Source: Clostridiales bacterium (GTDB lineage Bacteria > Bacillota > Clostridia > Christensenellales > CAG-138). From it: a stretch of DNA of 64,000 nucleotides. Each line of letters starts with the position of its first letter. Position 1 is the first letter of the stretch. The DNA lies in assembly GCA_004554165.1 (NCBI GenBank), contig SFNQ01000008.1, positions 451-64,450 on the forward strand, written 5' to 3'. The position numbers were made by a program, and so were the translations under genes. Below are positions 28,380-38,422 of this stretch, piece after piece. Under the pieces are notes generated by a model that was not told the DNA's origin, ran no database searches, and saw only the letters and a program-made list of their open reading frames with translations.

Positions 28380-28943
28380 TCAGCCGCCAAACACACCCAG
28401 ATGCTCAAGAAGGATTTTCAGCCCCATCAAAACGAGGATAATGCCGCCCAGCAGCTCCGCGCGGGATTTGTACTTTGCGCCAAACACGTTGCCGATCTTC
28501 ATGCCGGCTGCGGAAAGCAGGAAGGTGGTCGCGCCAATCAAAAGCACTGCGGGGACAATCTTCACGCTCAAAAACGCGAAGGTTACGCCTACGGCCAGCG
28601 CATCGATGCTGGTGGCAAGGGCCAGCGGCAGCATCGCGCGGAAGGAAAAATCGCCGTTGAGCGCCTCGCTCCCGGAGCGCGCCTCCCGGATCATGGAAAT
28701 GCCGATGAGCGTCAGCAGGACAAAGGCGACCCAGTGGTCAAAACGTTCAATGAGCCCGCGAAAGCTCACCCCGAGAAAATAGCCGGCAAGCGGCATCAGC
28801 GCCTGAAAGCCGCCAAAGTACAGGCCCGCCGCAGCCGCATGCCGCGGCAGAACCCGCTTTACGGACAGCCCCTTGCACACGGAGACGGCAAAGGCGTCCA
28901 TCGACAGGCCAAGCGCAATCAGGAACAATTCCAGCAGGTCCAT
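28380..28943 (-). CDS. mntP: Manganese efflux pump MntP
   Basis: 187 aa. MDLLELFLIALGLSMDAFAVSV and a second ATSIDALAVGV repeat are typical of the MntP/YebN family. Confidence 0.9.
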   Translation of the reverse strand: MDLLELFLIALGLSMDAFAVSVCKGLSVKRVLPRHAAAAGLYFGGFQALMPLAGYFLGVSFRGLIERFDHWVAFVLLTLIGISMIREARSGSEALNGDFSFRAMLPLALATSIDALAVGVTFAFLSVKIVPAVLLIGATTFLLSAAGMKIGNVFGAKYKSRAELLGGIILVLMGLKILLEHLGVFGG

Positions 28944-29014
28944 AGAAAAGCCCTCGTTTCTTTTCTTTCTTTTCCCCCGGGCAACAGAAAAGGCCGTCCT
29001 GCAATATCAGCATA

Positions 29015-29125
29015 TCACAGACCGGTCTCATCCTTTCAAACCGGGCCCGGAGCGCAGGCGCTCCAGCGTGTTGCGCCGGCTGCACGTGCGCGGCGCCGAT
29101 TCCTCCCCAAATCCTGTTTCAGGGT
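29015..29125 (-). ncRNA. Candidate divergent yybP-ykoY (Mn2+) riboswitch in the mntP leader
   Basis: The minus-strand leader contains UUUGGGGAGGAAUCGG and, about 80 nt downstream, AAAGGAUGAGACCGG. These resemble the conserved GGGGAGUAG and ...GAGACC elements as I remember them. The match is partial and P1 pairing is weak. The context is right, because mntP genes commonly carry this riboswitch. Confidence 0.35.
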
Positions 29126-29148
29126 ATGGCAGCCGGTCCTTTCCGCTG

Positions 29149-29796
29149 TCAATCGTGCAGGACCTTTTTCACATCCTGCATCCGCCCCAGCACCAGCAGG
29201 TGCTCCGCTTCCGAGAAGGTATAATCGCCCATGGGCAGAGGCCGCACCACGCTGCCCGTTTTGATGGCCAGAATGCTCATGTTGTACCGCTGGCGGAAGT
29301 TCAGCTCGCGGATGGTCTTGCCGATCCACCGCTCCTGCGCCTGCAATTCAAAGATGGAATACTCCCCGGACAGGCCGATGCAGTCGAAAATACTGTCCGA
29401 GCTCTCCGAAACGGCGATGCGCTGGGCAACATCGCGTTCGGGATAGATGACAAAATCCGCGCCGTTGCGCAGAAGGAATTTTTCCTGAATATCGCGGTCT
29501 GCCTTGCTGAAAATCTTCTTTGCGCCAAGCTCCCGCAGAAGATCCGTAATCTCAAGGCTGTCCTGAAAGCTGTCGCCGATGCAGACAAAGCAGGCGTCAA
29601 AGCTGGCCACGTCAAAGGTTTTCAGTACGTCGATATCCGTACAGTCGCCGATCTTTGCGCTCACGTCATAGTCCAGCATTTCACCCACGAGCTTTTCGTT
29701 GCGATCGACGATCATCACCTCGCAGCCCTGCGCCACAAGGCAGCGGCAAAGATGGCGGCCAAAGGTGCCCATGCCGATGATTAAAAACGATTTCAT
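29149..29796 (-). CDS. K+ uptake regulatory subunit KtrA/TrkA (RCK N + C domains)
   Basis: Start at MKSFLIIGMGTFG (ATG 29796, GGAGGAGAGG upstream). Has a GxGxxG NAD-binding motif and an RCK_C domain. Confidence 0.9.
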   Translation of the reverse strand: MKSFLIIGMGTFGRHLCRCLVAQGCEVMIVDRNEKLVGEMLDYDVSAKIGDCTDIDVLKTFDVASFDACFVCIGDSFQDSLEITDLLRELGAKKIFSKADRDIQEKFLLRNGADFVIYPERDVAQRIAVSESSDSIFDCIGLSGEYSIFELQAQERWIGKTIRELNFRQRYNMSILAIKTGSVVRPLPMGDYTFSEAEHLLVLGRMQDVKKVLHD

Positions 29797-29813
29797 CCAG
29801 TCCTCTCCTCCGT

Positions 29814-31160
29814 TCAACCGATTGTAATCCGTTCCACCGGGTTTTCCACCCGGGCGGGCGCCCGCTTCTCCAGCAGCGCCAAACCAAACGATACGCTGCC
29901 CACGCGGCCGCAATACATCAAAAGGATAATCACCATCTGCGAAAGGGGCAGCAGCTCCCGCGTGACGCCCGTGGTCATGCCCACCGTGCCGATGGCGGAA
30001 AAAACCTCGAACAGCACATCAGAAAAACGCAGTTCCTGCGCCCCCATGATAACAAGCGCACCGAAAAACGCCAGCGACAGGTTGGTAAAGAACACCCGCG
30101 CGGCTTTATCGATGGCCTCCTGCTCCAGCCTGCGGCCGTAAACATTTGTGCTCCTGCCATGGCGGAAACCCGCAATCGTGTGCAGCACCAGCACGCAGAG
30201 CGTGGTGGTTTTGATGCCGCCCGCCGTAGAGCCGGGACTGCCGCCCACGAGCATGAGAAACATGGTCAAAAGCATGCTCCCATTGGACAGGGCCGCCGTA
30301 TCCGTCGTATTAAAGCCTGCCGTACGGGGCGCTACCGCGTCGAACAGAACGGTCAGAATCTGCTCGCCCGCGCTGCGTCCGGCGCAGAGCCCCTTCCGCT
30401 CAAACAGGTAGAACAGCAGCGCGCCGCCCAGCGTCAGCACTGCCGAAACCGTCAAAACCAGCTTGCTGTGCAGCCGGTAGCGCCGAAACCGCAGTCCGTG
30501 GCGACGGACATCCTCCCACACGAGGAAGCCGAAGCCGCCGATGGCAATCAGCGCCACGAGGGTGAGATTCACCAGCGCGTCGCCGGAATAGCCCGTCATC
30601 GAGGAGAAGGGCTCCTTCACGCCCATGAGGTCGAAGCCCGCGTTGCAAAAGGCGGAAACGGCGTGGAACAGGCTGAAATACAGGCCACGCCAAAGCCCGA
30701 ACTCCGGGACAAAGCGAATCGACAGCAGGAGCGCGCCCACAGCCTCGATCAGTATCGTTCCGAGGACGATGGTTCTTGTGAGCGCAAGTACGCCGCCAAT
30801 TTGTGAGACATTGATGCTCTCGCTCATAACCTCCCGCTGGCGAAGGCCAATCCGCTTTCTGAGCAGCAGAAAGAACATCGTCGCAATCGACATAAAGCCA
30901 AGACCGCCAACCTGAATCAGCAGGAGAATCACGATTTGTCCGAACAACGACCAGTACGTGCCCGTATCCACGAGCACAAGCCCCGTCACGCAGGAGGCCG
31001 AGGTCGCCGTCAGGAGCGCCACGTTAAAGGGCGCGGACACGCCCTCCGCCGTCGCACAGGGCAGCATCAGCAGCGCCGTTCCCAGCGCAATCATGATAAA
31101 GAATCCCAGCGCAATGATCTGGACGTGCGTAAAGCGCCGCTTTCCAAACCGTTCCAGCAT
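29814..31160 (-). CDS. K+ transporter membrane subunit KtrB/TrkH family
   Basis: 448 aa polytopic protein with repeated selectivity-filter-like glycine motifs (TATSASCVTGL, AFCNAGFD, PRTAGFNT, GGSPGSTAGGIKT). Confidence 0.9.
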   Translation of the reverse strand: MLERFGKRRFTHVQIIALGFFIMIALGTALLMLPCATAEGVSAPFNVALLTATSASCVTGLVLVDTGTYWSLFGQIVILLLIQVGGLGFMSIATMFFLLLRKRIGLRQREVMSESINVSQIGGVLALTRTIVLGTILIEAVGALLLSIRFVPEFGLWRGLYFSLFHAVSAFCNAGFDLMGVKEPFSSMTGYSGDALVNLTLVALIAIGGFGFLVWEDVRRHGLRFRRYRLHSKLVLTVSAVLTLGGALLFYLFERKGLCAGRSAGEQILTVLFDAVAPRTAGFNTTDTAALSNGSMLLTMFLMLVGGSPGSTAGGIKTTTLCVLVLHTIAGFRHGRSTNVYGRRLEQEAIDKAARVFFTNLSLAFFGALVIMGAQELRFSDVLFEVFSAIGTVGMTTGVTRELLPLSQMVIILLMYCGRVGSVSFGLALLEKRAPARVENPVERITIG

Positions 31161-31209
31161 GCCTGCCGCTCACCTCCCTTTTCTCAGCCCGCGCGCATCC
31201 TGTTTCCCC

Positions 31210-32529
31210 TTAGCTCTTCTGCACAGCCTTCCGGCGCCGTTCGCGCAGGGCAAAATACAGCGGAACAAGGGTCAGAAGCGACAGCGCCGCGGCAATATAG
31301 AACAGAACGTTGGAGGGCGACATGCCCGCAGCGCCATTGATGGTCACCGGCACGCCAAAGCGCTCGATGACAAAGCTGGCGCCCGACGGGCCGAGCACCA
31401 TGGGTACCAGTACATAGAAGATGATCCGGACGCCCTCAAACTGACCGCGCTGCGCCTCCGGATAGAGGTTTTTCGACCACGCGGTGGTGGTTTGCATCAT
31501 GAGCACATACCCGACGCCCGCCACGATGACGCCAAGCTCGATCAGCGCAATGTTCGTTCCGGAAAGGCCCAGCACCGCCAGCCCAAGAACCGTGGCCGCA
31601 ACGGACAACAGGATCATGCGCGCATGCTGTCCGCCATTGACCGCCTTTGCCGCAGGAATCGCCGCAAGCACGGCAAGCAGCAGGCCCACGCCCTGCAGCA
31701 CGCCAGCCGTCCCCTCGGAGTAGCCAAGCGTATAAATAAAGTAATTTCCCACATGGGCAAAATAGAAATTAAAACAGGTAAAATATACCGACATTATGAA
31801 AAACACAAAGAACAGCTCCCGGTTTTTCAAAAAGGTTTTGAAATCAAACACGGAGAAAAGCTGATGGAAAAACCCCCGCGGATCGCGCACGGGACGGAGC
31901 GCCGTCCCCTCGCGCATCAACAGCACGCCCACCGCGCCCACCGCAGCCACGAAAACGCCCACGACGATGAAGTAGGCAAAATAGCCGAAGGCCTCGATGA
32001 CAAGGCCGGACCCCACCGTGCCCACAATGGTAGCGATTACGGGCTGCGCCGCGACTGCGCCGCCCAGCTGCCCCCGGTTCCGCTCGCTGGAAATATCCGT
32101 CGTCCAGGAGCTGAAGCCGCTGTCGTTGCCCATGGAGCCGAAAAAGCTCATCAGCGCATCCATGGCCACCACCATGGCGGCAGCCAGAAGAATGGGCTCT
32201 TTCGGCAGAAACTCCGTGGCCCCGAAGGCAACGGTAAACAGGCCCCAGAGCAGATAGCCGATAAAAACAAAGGGCCTGCGCCTTCCGATGCGGTCGCTCC
32301 AGGTGCCGCAGAGAAACGTGGAAACGGTGGTCAGCGCCGCGGAAACGCCCGTCATCCAGGCGATGATGGAGGCGTCCGGACTGATCTTTGCATACACAAA
32401 GGTATTGAACCACTGGTTCTCCACGTTCCAGCAGAGCTGGCCCGCAAGCCCCACCAGCCAGATCACGACCCAGTTCCTCCGGGAGATCTTCCCTGTTTCG
32501 GACGGTTTCTGCCGCCTGTCCATACCCAT
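31210..32529 (-). CDS. MFS transporter
   Basis: 439 aa with about 12 predicted TM helices. Has GTWSDRIGRRRPF, an MFS loop 2-3 motif. GGGGGAGGAA RBS. Confidence 0.8.
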   Translation of the reverse strand: MGMDRRQKPSETGKISRRNWVVIWLVGLAGQLCWNVENQWFNTFVYAKISPDASIIAWMTGVSAALTTVSTFLCGTWSDRIGRRRPFVFIGYLLWGLFTVAFGATEFLPKEPILLAAAMVVAMDALMSFFGSMGNDSGFSSWTTDISSERNRGQLGGAVAAQPVIATIVGTVGSGLVIEAFGYFAYFIVVGVFVAAVGAVGVLLMREGTALRPVRDPRGFFHQLFSVFDFKTFLKNRELFFVFFIMSVYFTCFNFYFAHVGNYFIYTLGYSEGTAGVLQGVGLLLAVLAAIPAAKAVNGGQHARMILLSVAATVLGLAVLGLSGTNIALIELGVIVAGVGYVLMMQTTTAWSKNLYPEAQRGQFEGVRIIFYVLVPMVLGPSGASFVIERFGVPVTINGAAGMSPSNVLFYIAAALSLLTLVPLYFALRERRRKAVQKS

Positions 32530-32695
32530 TTCCTCCCCCTGCGGTCCCCGCCGAAGCTGCCGCCCTTCTTTTTCCTATTGTAGCGCGGCGCGGCGTCCTC
32601 CGCAAGAGAGAAAAGGCGCGGTTTGCAGGGCGGTTCGGACATTGCCCCGCTTTTTGCTCGGCGGAGCACTTTTCGATGCGCGCTTTTCAAAATTG

Positions 32696-32704
32696 TGGTA
32701 TACT
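32696..32704 (+). promoter_or_regulatory. Extended -10 promoter element (TGgTATACT) upstream of the aldolase-like gene
   Basis: TG-n-TATACT lies 42 nt upstream of the TTG start. No good -35. Confidence 0.45.
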
Positions 32705-32745
32705 GAACTCAATCATTTTTCTCAATCTTAGGAGGGGCAATCCCT

Positions 32746-33780
32746 TTGATCCGCTTTGAATGCGATTACGGCGAGGGCGCGCATCCGCGCATACTGGAAC
32801 GCCTTGCCGAAACCAACCTGTTCCAGACCTGCGGCTACGGCGAGGACGAATACTGCGAAAATGCCCGCCGCATCATCCGCACGCTCTGCGGGGACGATTC
32901 GCTCCTCGTGCAGTTTCTCGTGGGCGGCACCCAGGCCAACGCTACGGTGATCGCCGCCGCGCTGCGGCCGCATCAGGGCGTCATCGCCGCGCAAACGGGC
33001 CACATCAACGTGCATGAATCCGGCGCCATCGAGGCCACCGGGCATAAGGTGCTGCCCATCGCAAGCGGGGACGGAAAAATCACTGCCGGTCAGATACACG
33101 CCCTCTGTCAGGCCCACTGGAGCGACGCCACCCGCGAGCACATGGTACAGCCTGCGATGGTCTATCTTTCGCAGCCCACGGAAAACGGAACCCTGTACCT
33201 TCGGGAGGAGCTTGCCGCCATCCGCGCGGTCTGCGACGCCTTCGGCCTGCTGCTCTATGTGGACGGCGCGCGCCTTGGCTACGGCCTTGCCGCCGCCTGC
33301 AACGATGTGACGCTGCCGGAGCTTGCCCGCCTTACGGACGCCTTCTACATCGGCGGGACGAAGGTCGGCGCGCTCTTTGGCGAAGCCGTGGTGATCCGCA
33401 ATGCCGCGCTCCAGAAGGATTTCCGCTACCATATCAAACAGCGCGGCGGCATGCTGGCCAAGGGCAGGCTGCTGGGCCTCCAGTTTGAGACGCTGCTGGG
33501 CGAGGAGCTGTACTTTTCCATCGCAAAGCGCGCGGTGGAGCAGGCCCTGCGCATCCGGGATGCGTTCCTGGAAAAGGGCTTCGCCCTGCGCTACGATTCC
33601 CCCACCAACCAGCAGTTTCCGATTCTGCCCGTTCGGGCCGTGGAAGCGCTGAAGCGGGACTATGCTTTTTCTCACTGGGAGCAGGTGGATGAAGCCCGCG
33701 CCGTCCTTCGCTTCTGCACAAGCTGGGCCACGGAGGACGCCGCGGTGGAGGCGCTCATCCGGGATGTCCGCAGGCTGTAA
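32746..33780 (+). CDS. PLP-dependent threonine aldolase-like / beta-eliminating lyase family protein
   Basis: 344 aa with a TTG start 9 nt after AGGAGGGG. The N-terminus RFECDYGEGAHPRILERL and GGTQANA, plus YIGGTKVGA (PLP Lys), fit the family. Confidence 0.75.
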   Translation: MIRFECDYGEGAHPRILERLAETNLFQTCGYGEDEYCENARRIIRTLCGDDSLLVQFLVGGTQANATVIAAALRPHQGVIAAQTGHINVHESGAIEATGHKVLPIASGDGKITAGQIHALCQAHWSDATREHMVQPAMVYLSQPTENGTLYLREELAAIRAVCDAFGLLLYVDGARLGYGLAAACNDVTLPELARLTDAFYIGGTKVGALFGEAVVIRNAALQKDFRYHIKQRGGMLAKGRLLGLQFETLLGEELYFSIAKRAVEQALRIRDAFLEKGFALRYDSPTNQQFPILPVRAVEALKRDYAFSHWEQVDEARAVLRFCTSWATEDAAVEALIRDVRRL

Positions 33781-34054
33781 CCGCCGGACGGCGCCGCTTT
33801 GTGCAAGCCAGCCACGCTCTTTTCATCGGAAGGGCTTGCGCCGGGCAGCCATCCCGGCGGAGCCAGACTCCCGGCGCGGGGCAGGACATGCCTTCGTCTG
33901 CACCGCGCAATGCCGGGCGGTTTTCCGCCTCAGGCCGCCAGGCAGGAAAACGCCTGCGGACCGCCGCCTTTGACTCCCTTCGTGCCGCTATGGAATTCCC
34001 CCCTGCGCAACAGGGATTTGCCGATATTATTCTTGGACAGGAGATGATTCGTAC

Positions 34055-35677
34055 ATGAAGCTGACCTTTCTTGGCGCAACCCACGAGGTAACCGGGAGCT
34101 GCACCTATCTTTCTGCCTGCGGCAAGCACATGCTCATCGATTACGGCATGGAGCAGGGCAGAGACACCTTTGAAAACGAGCCGCTGCCCGTCCTGCCCTC
34201 CGAGATTGACTATGTCTTTCTCACCCATGCACACATCGATCATTCCGGCCTGCTGCCGCTGCTGTACAAAAACGGCTTTGCCGGACAGGTACACGCCACG
34301 ATTCCCACCAAAAACCTTTGCGACATCATGCTGCAGGACAGCGCCCACATTCAGGAGTCCGAGGCCCAGTGGAAATCCCGCAAGAGCCAGCGCCGCGGGC
34401 AGAAGCCCGTGGAGCCGCTCTACAGCATGGAGGACGCCATGGGCATCCTCTCGCTGTTTGTCGGCCACCGCTACGAGGAAAAGGCAACGGTGTGCGATGG
34501 GATCCAGGTGCGCTTTACCGACGCCGGGCATCTGCTCGGCTCCTCTTCCATTACGCTTTGGATCACCGAGGAGGGCGAAACGCGCAGGATCGTTTTCTCC
34601 GGCGACATCGGCAACATCAACCAGCCCCTGATCCGCGACCCGCAGTTCCTGAGGGAGGCGGATTATGTGGTCATGGAATCCACCTACGGCGACCGGGAGC
34701 ACAACCCGCCGCCGGACTACACGGCGGCGCTTGCGGAGGTTCTGCAACGCACCCTGGACCGCGGCGGCAACGTGGTCATCCCCTCCTTTGCCGTGGGCAG
34801 AACGCAGGAACTCCTCTACTTCATCCGTCATATCAAGGAGAAGGGCCTCGTGCATGGCCACGAGGGCTTTCAGGTCTATGTGGACAGCCCGCTGGCCATC
34901 AACGCCACAAAGATTTTCGTAGACAACGCCGAGTTCTGCTATGACGAAGAGGCGGCGGCGCTGCTGCGCGAGGGGATCAACCCCATCGCCTTTCCCGGGC
35001 TTGTTACGGCCTCCACATCCCAAGAATCCATTGCGATCAACGCCGACCCCACGCCCAAGGTCATCATCTCTGCCAGCGGCATGTGCGAGGCGGGCCGCAT
35101 CCGCCATCATCTCAAGCACAACCTCTGGCGGCCGGAATCTACCATTCTTTTCGTGGGCTATCAGGCGGTGGGCACGCTGGGCCGCATGCTGACCGACGGA
35201 GCAAAGCGCGTCAAGCTCTTCGGCGAAGAAATTGCCGTACAGGCCGAGGTGCGGGAGCTGCCCGGCATCAGCGGCCATGGCGACATCAAGGAACTGCTGC
35301 GCTGGATACGGAGCTTTTCGCCCACGCCCAAAAAGGTCTTTGTCAATCATGGCGAGGACGCCGTGGCTTCCGGACTTGCCGCGCGGCTATCGGAGGAGTT
35401 TGGCATTCCCGCAACGGCGCCCTACTCCGGCGAAATTTACGATCTCCTCACGGGCGAGCAGCTTCGCGCTGTCGCTCCCGTACCCGTCAAAGATAAGACG
35501 CCGGACGGCAGCGCGCTGCAGGCGCCGAAGCCCGACCGCAAGAGCGTCTACGGCAAGCTCCTGCTTGCGCTGGAGCGCCTGACCTCGCTCATCCGCGCGG
35601 GCAGCGGCCGCGCCAACCGCGACGTGGAGACCATGACGCGAAAGATCAACGACCTTTGCAACGAATGGGAGAACTGA
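34055..35677 (+). CDS. MBL-fold beta-CASP ribonuclease (CPSF73/RNase J-like) with a ~90-aa C-terminal extension
   Basis: 540 aa. HAHIDHSG (motif 2), DAGHLLGS, ESTYGDR and GISGHGD (beta-CASP motif C region). Confidence 0.85.
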   Translation: MKLTFLGATHEVTGSCTYLSACGKHMLIDYGMEQGRDTFENEPLPVLPSEIDYVFLTHAHIDHSGLLPLLYKNGFAGQVHATIPTKNLCDIMLQDSAHIQESEAQWKSRKSQRRGQKPVEPLYSMEDAMGILSLFVGHRYEEKATVCDGIQVRFTDAGHLLGSSSITLWITEEGETRRIVFSGDIGNINQPLIRDPQFLREADYVVMESTYGDREHNPPPDYTAALAEVLQRTLDRGGNVVIPSFAVGRTQELLYFIRHIKEKGLVHGHEGFQVYVDSPLAINATKIFVDNAEFCYDEEAAALLREGINPIAFPGLVTASTSQESIAINADPTPKVIISASGMCEAGRIRHHLKHNLWRPESTILFVGYQAVGTLGRMLTDGAKRVKLFGEEIAVQAEVRELPGISGHGDIKELLRWIRSFSPTPKKVFVNHGEDAVASGLAARLSEEFGIPATAPYSGEIYDLLTGEQLRAVAPVPVKDKTPDGSALQAPKPDRKSVYGKLLLALERLTSLIRAGSGRANRDVETMTRKINDLCNEWEN

Positions 35678-35761
35678 GCCCTCCCCCTGCCCACAGTGGA
35701 ATGACCGCCTGAAACCGGCGGTTCCGGGACGGTCCCTCCGCTTCCGCTTCCCAGATGCAAC

Positions 35762-35800
35762 GGCTGCCGCCCTGCAAAGGACGGCAGCCATTGTCTTTCG
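35762..35800 (+). terminator. Intrinsic terminator after the beta-CASP gene
   Basis: GGCTGCCG-12 nt loop-CGGCAGCC followed by ATTGTCTTTCG. Confidence 0.5.
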
Positions 35801-36210
35801 CTGTTGTGTCCCGCCGCACAGGAGGACGTTCGTCTGCCGAAAAAATGGAATGTTCGCCCTTCCCGTGAATTCTTCAAGGACAGCCTGCGTCTGCGGCGCG
35901 ATCAGCCGTCCCCGAACGCGGGCCTAGCCTTGCAGGCGCTTTGCGCTTCCTTCGCCCTCCCTGTCGGTGGAGCTGCGCCGGATGGTTTTCCCATGATTTG
36001 CTTTTCCACCCGGGCTCTGCTCCAAGTCCGCGCTTTCCCGCCGTTTCCGCGCCTTCTGCGTTTCTGCCGGCTGCGCAAGCCAATGGTCTTTCCGCGTTCT
36101 CTCGTTCGGGCAGATGTCTGCGGCTTCGGCCCGCAGCCCGGAAAAGGCGCTTTTCTTCGCGCCTTCTGCGCATGCGGAGCCGCCGGTCGATGGCGTACAG
36201 GGCTGAGCGC

Positions 36211-37095
36211 CTAATCCATCCCCATCAGCTTCCGCATGTCCTCCGGGATGGGACAGACAAAATGCAGCGGCTCGCCCGTCAGCGGATGCACAAGCCACAG
36301 CTCACAGGAGTGCAGCGCAGGCCGGGCAATGCGCTCCCTGTCCTCCGTTCCATAGAGAAAATCTCCGGCAAGGGGATGGCCGATTTCGGCCATGTGCAGG
36401 CGGAGCTGATGCGTGCGGCCCGTGTGCGGCACAAGCCGCAGCAGCGAAAACCCGTCATGCACCGCCAGCGTTTCGTATTCCGTCAGCGAGGGCGCGCCGT
36501 CCACGCGCACGGCCCGCTGATAGCTGGACCCCTCGTAAAAGCCGATGGGCAGCGCAATCCTGCCGGCGGGCGGGTCCGGCGTTCCCACGGCAACGCCCCG
36601 GTACTCCCGGCGAAACGCCTCCGTATGCATGCGCCGCCGCAGCAGCTCGTGGACATACCCGCTCTTTGCCACCGTCATGAGCCCCGTGGTGCCCCGGTCG
36701 AGGCGGCTTGCCGGGTGCGCCACCTCGCCCTGCGGCAGATAGGCCGCAAGCGCGTGCTCCAGCGTAACCTCCGCAGCCTCCCGCGTGGGCTGCACGGCGA
36801 TGCCCGCAGGTTTGTTCAGAACGATGATATCCTCGTCCTCATACACAATGTCCAGCGGAAAGGGCGCGGGCGCGGCTGTGGGGCGGGGCGGATCGTCCCC
36901 CGTCTCGACGCGCAGCACATCGCCGCCAGCAACGCAGGCCTTGGTAGAAACGCGGACGCCGTTGAGCAGGATGCCCCGCTCGCTGCGCTTGAGACGGCGT
37001 ATCCGGCTTGCCGCCATTTCAAATTCCTGCCGGAGGATGCTTTCCACCGTGCGCCCGGCCATGGCCGCGCTGACCGTAAGCTCTCTTGTCCGCAC
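36211..37095 (-). CDS. RluA-family pseudouridine synthase with N-terminal S4 domain
   Basis: 294 aa. SRLDRGTTGLMTVAK (catalytic Asp loop) and GRTHQLRLH motif. Confidence 0.85.
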   Translation of the reverse strand: MRTRELTVSAAMAGRTVESILRQEFEMAASRIRRLKRSERGILLNGVRVSTKACVAGGDVLRVETGDDPPRPTAAPAPFPLDIVYEDEDIIVLNKPAGIAVQPTREAAEVTLEHALAAYLPQGEVAHPASRLDRGTTGLMTVAKSGYVHELLRRRMHTEAFRREYRGVAVGTPDPPAGRIALPIGFYEGSSYQRAVRVDGAPSLTEYETLAVHDGFSLLRLVPHTGRTHQLRLHMAEIGHPLAGDFLYGTEDRERIARPALHSCELWLVHPLTGEPLHFVCPIPEDMRKLMGMD

Positions 37096-37439
37096 CGAAA
37101 ATCCTCCTCCGCGTTTCCCGCTTTTTTCCTATCATACCATGCTTTTTGATAAATACCACAAGCATCCGTTCCAATCCGGCATATCCGGCATCCCCAGCCC
37201 TGAACCGGAACGAGCGCCTTTGGGAAGGAACGTCCTCTACACCGGGGAGCCGGCTATGCCGCCATACCGGCAGTTCCCAGGCGCGCCGCCATCGGGACGG
37301 CGTCGGACACGGGAATGCCGCTGTTTTCAGCAGGCGGTTGAAAGTATTTCCCTGCATTTCCCTTCCGTCCCCATTTCCCCGGCGGGCAGCCTGTGGTACA
37401 ATACGTCTCAGAGAACTGAAAAGGAGGCGCGCTTTTCTT

Positions 37440-38405
37440 ATGACGCTCCGGGAATCCCTGCTGTTTGCGCTGGAAACGCACCGCGACGGCGACCTCTCCG
37501 GCCAAGCGCTGGCCCGCATGCTGGGCGTATCGCGCAACGCCGTCTGGAAGGCCGTGGAGGCTTTGCGCGCAGAGGGCTTCGATATCCTCTCCGCGCCGCG
37601 CCGCGGCTACCGTCTGGCGGATGACTGCGACCGCGTTTCCGCAGCCGGAATCCGCGCGGCGCTGCCCGCCGCCCTGCGCGCCCTGCCCATCCACTTCCAT
37701 GACACCGTCGATTCAACCAACAGCCAGGCCAAGCGCCTGCTGGCGGACGGGTTTTCCGGCGAGGCGCTGGTGGTCGCCGCCGCGCAGACCGCGGGACGGG
37801 GGCGGCGGGGCCGCAGCTTCTACTCGCCTCGGGATACAGGCGTCTACATGACGCTGATTCTGCGCCCCGAGGGAGAGGTTTCCGATCTTGTTTCCCTGAC
37901 GGCGGCCGCGGCCGTGGCGGTGGTGCGGGCCATCGAAGGCCTCACGGATGCGCGCCCCGCGATCAAGTGGGTCAACGATGTGTATCTCGAGGGGAAAAAG
38001 CTCTGCGGCATCCTGACCGAAGCGGTCACCGGGCTGGAAAGCGGCCTTGTGGAAGGTCTCGTGGTGGGCATCGGCATCAACGTGGGAACGGAGGATTTTC
38101 CGCCGGAGCTTTCCGGCATCGCAGGCTCACTCCGCAGCCATACGCTGCGAAAAAACCGGCTCATTGCCGCGGTTGCCGAGGAGCTTTTCCGCATTGCCGC
38201 GCACCCGGAGGACAAAAGCTATCTTGCGGACTACCGGCGCCGCTCCATGGTGCTGGGCCGGCGCGTCTGCTTCGAGCAAAACGGCCAGCGCTTTGAGGCG
38301 CTGGCCACGGATATCGACGATGGCGGCGGGCTGCTCGTGCAGCTGGACGACGGCAGCGCGCGCACGCTCAGAAGCGGCGAGATTACTTTGCGCGTATCAT
38401 CATAG
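37440..38405 (+). CDS. birA: Bifunctional biotin-[acetyl-CoA-carboxylase] ligase / transcriptional repressor BirA
   Basis: Start at ATG 37440, after AAAGGAGG. Has an N-terminal HTH (LSGQALARMLGVSRNAVWKAVEALRAEG), the biotin-binding loop QTAGRGRRGRSFYS, and KWVNDVY. Confidence 0.9.
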   Translation: MTLRESLLFALETHRDGDLSGQALARMLGVSRNAVWKAVEALRAEGFDILSAPRRGYRLADDCDRVSAAGIRAALPAALRALPIHFHDTVDSTNSQAKRLLADGFSGEALVVAAAQTAGRGRRGRSFYSPRDTGVYMTLILRPEGEVSDLVSLTAAAAVAVVRAIEGLTDARPAIKWVNDVYLEGKKLCGILTEAVTGLESGLVEGLVVGIGINVGTEDFPPELSGIAGSLRSHTLRKNRLIAAVAEELFRIAAHPEDKSYLADYRRRSMVLGRRVCFEQNGQRFEALATDIDDGGGLLVQLDDGSARTLRSGEITLRVSS

Positions 38406-38422
38406 TCCGGCAGAGACAGCCC

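Noticed and set aside
32530-32745. c-di-AMP (ydaO) riboswitch upstream of the MFS-ktrB-ktrA gene string
   Set aside because: Only a short CCGAACCGCCC resemblance exists. The conserved AGCUAACCUCGUAAGCG-type 3' element and the pseudo-symmetric helices are absent. A simple TTGCGG-17-TACAAT promoter with a short leader explains the region.
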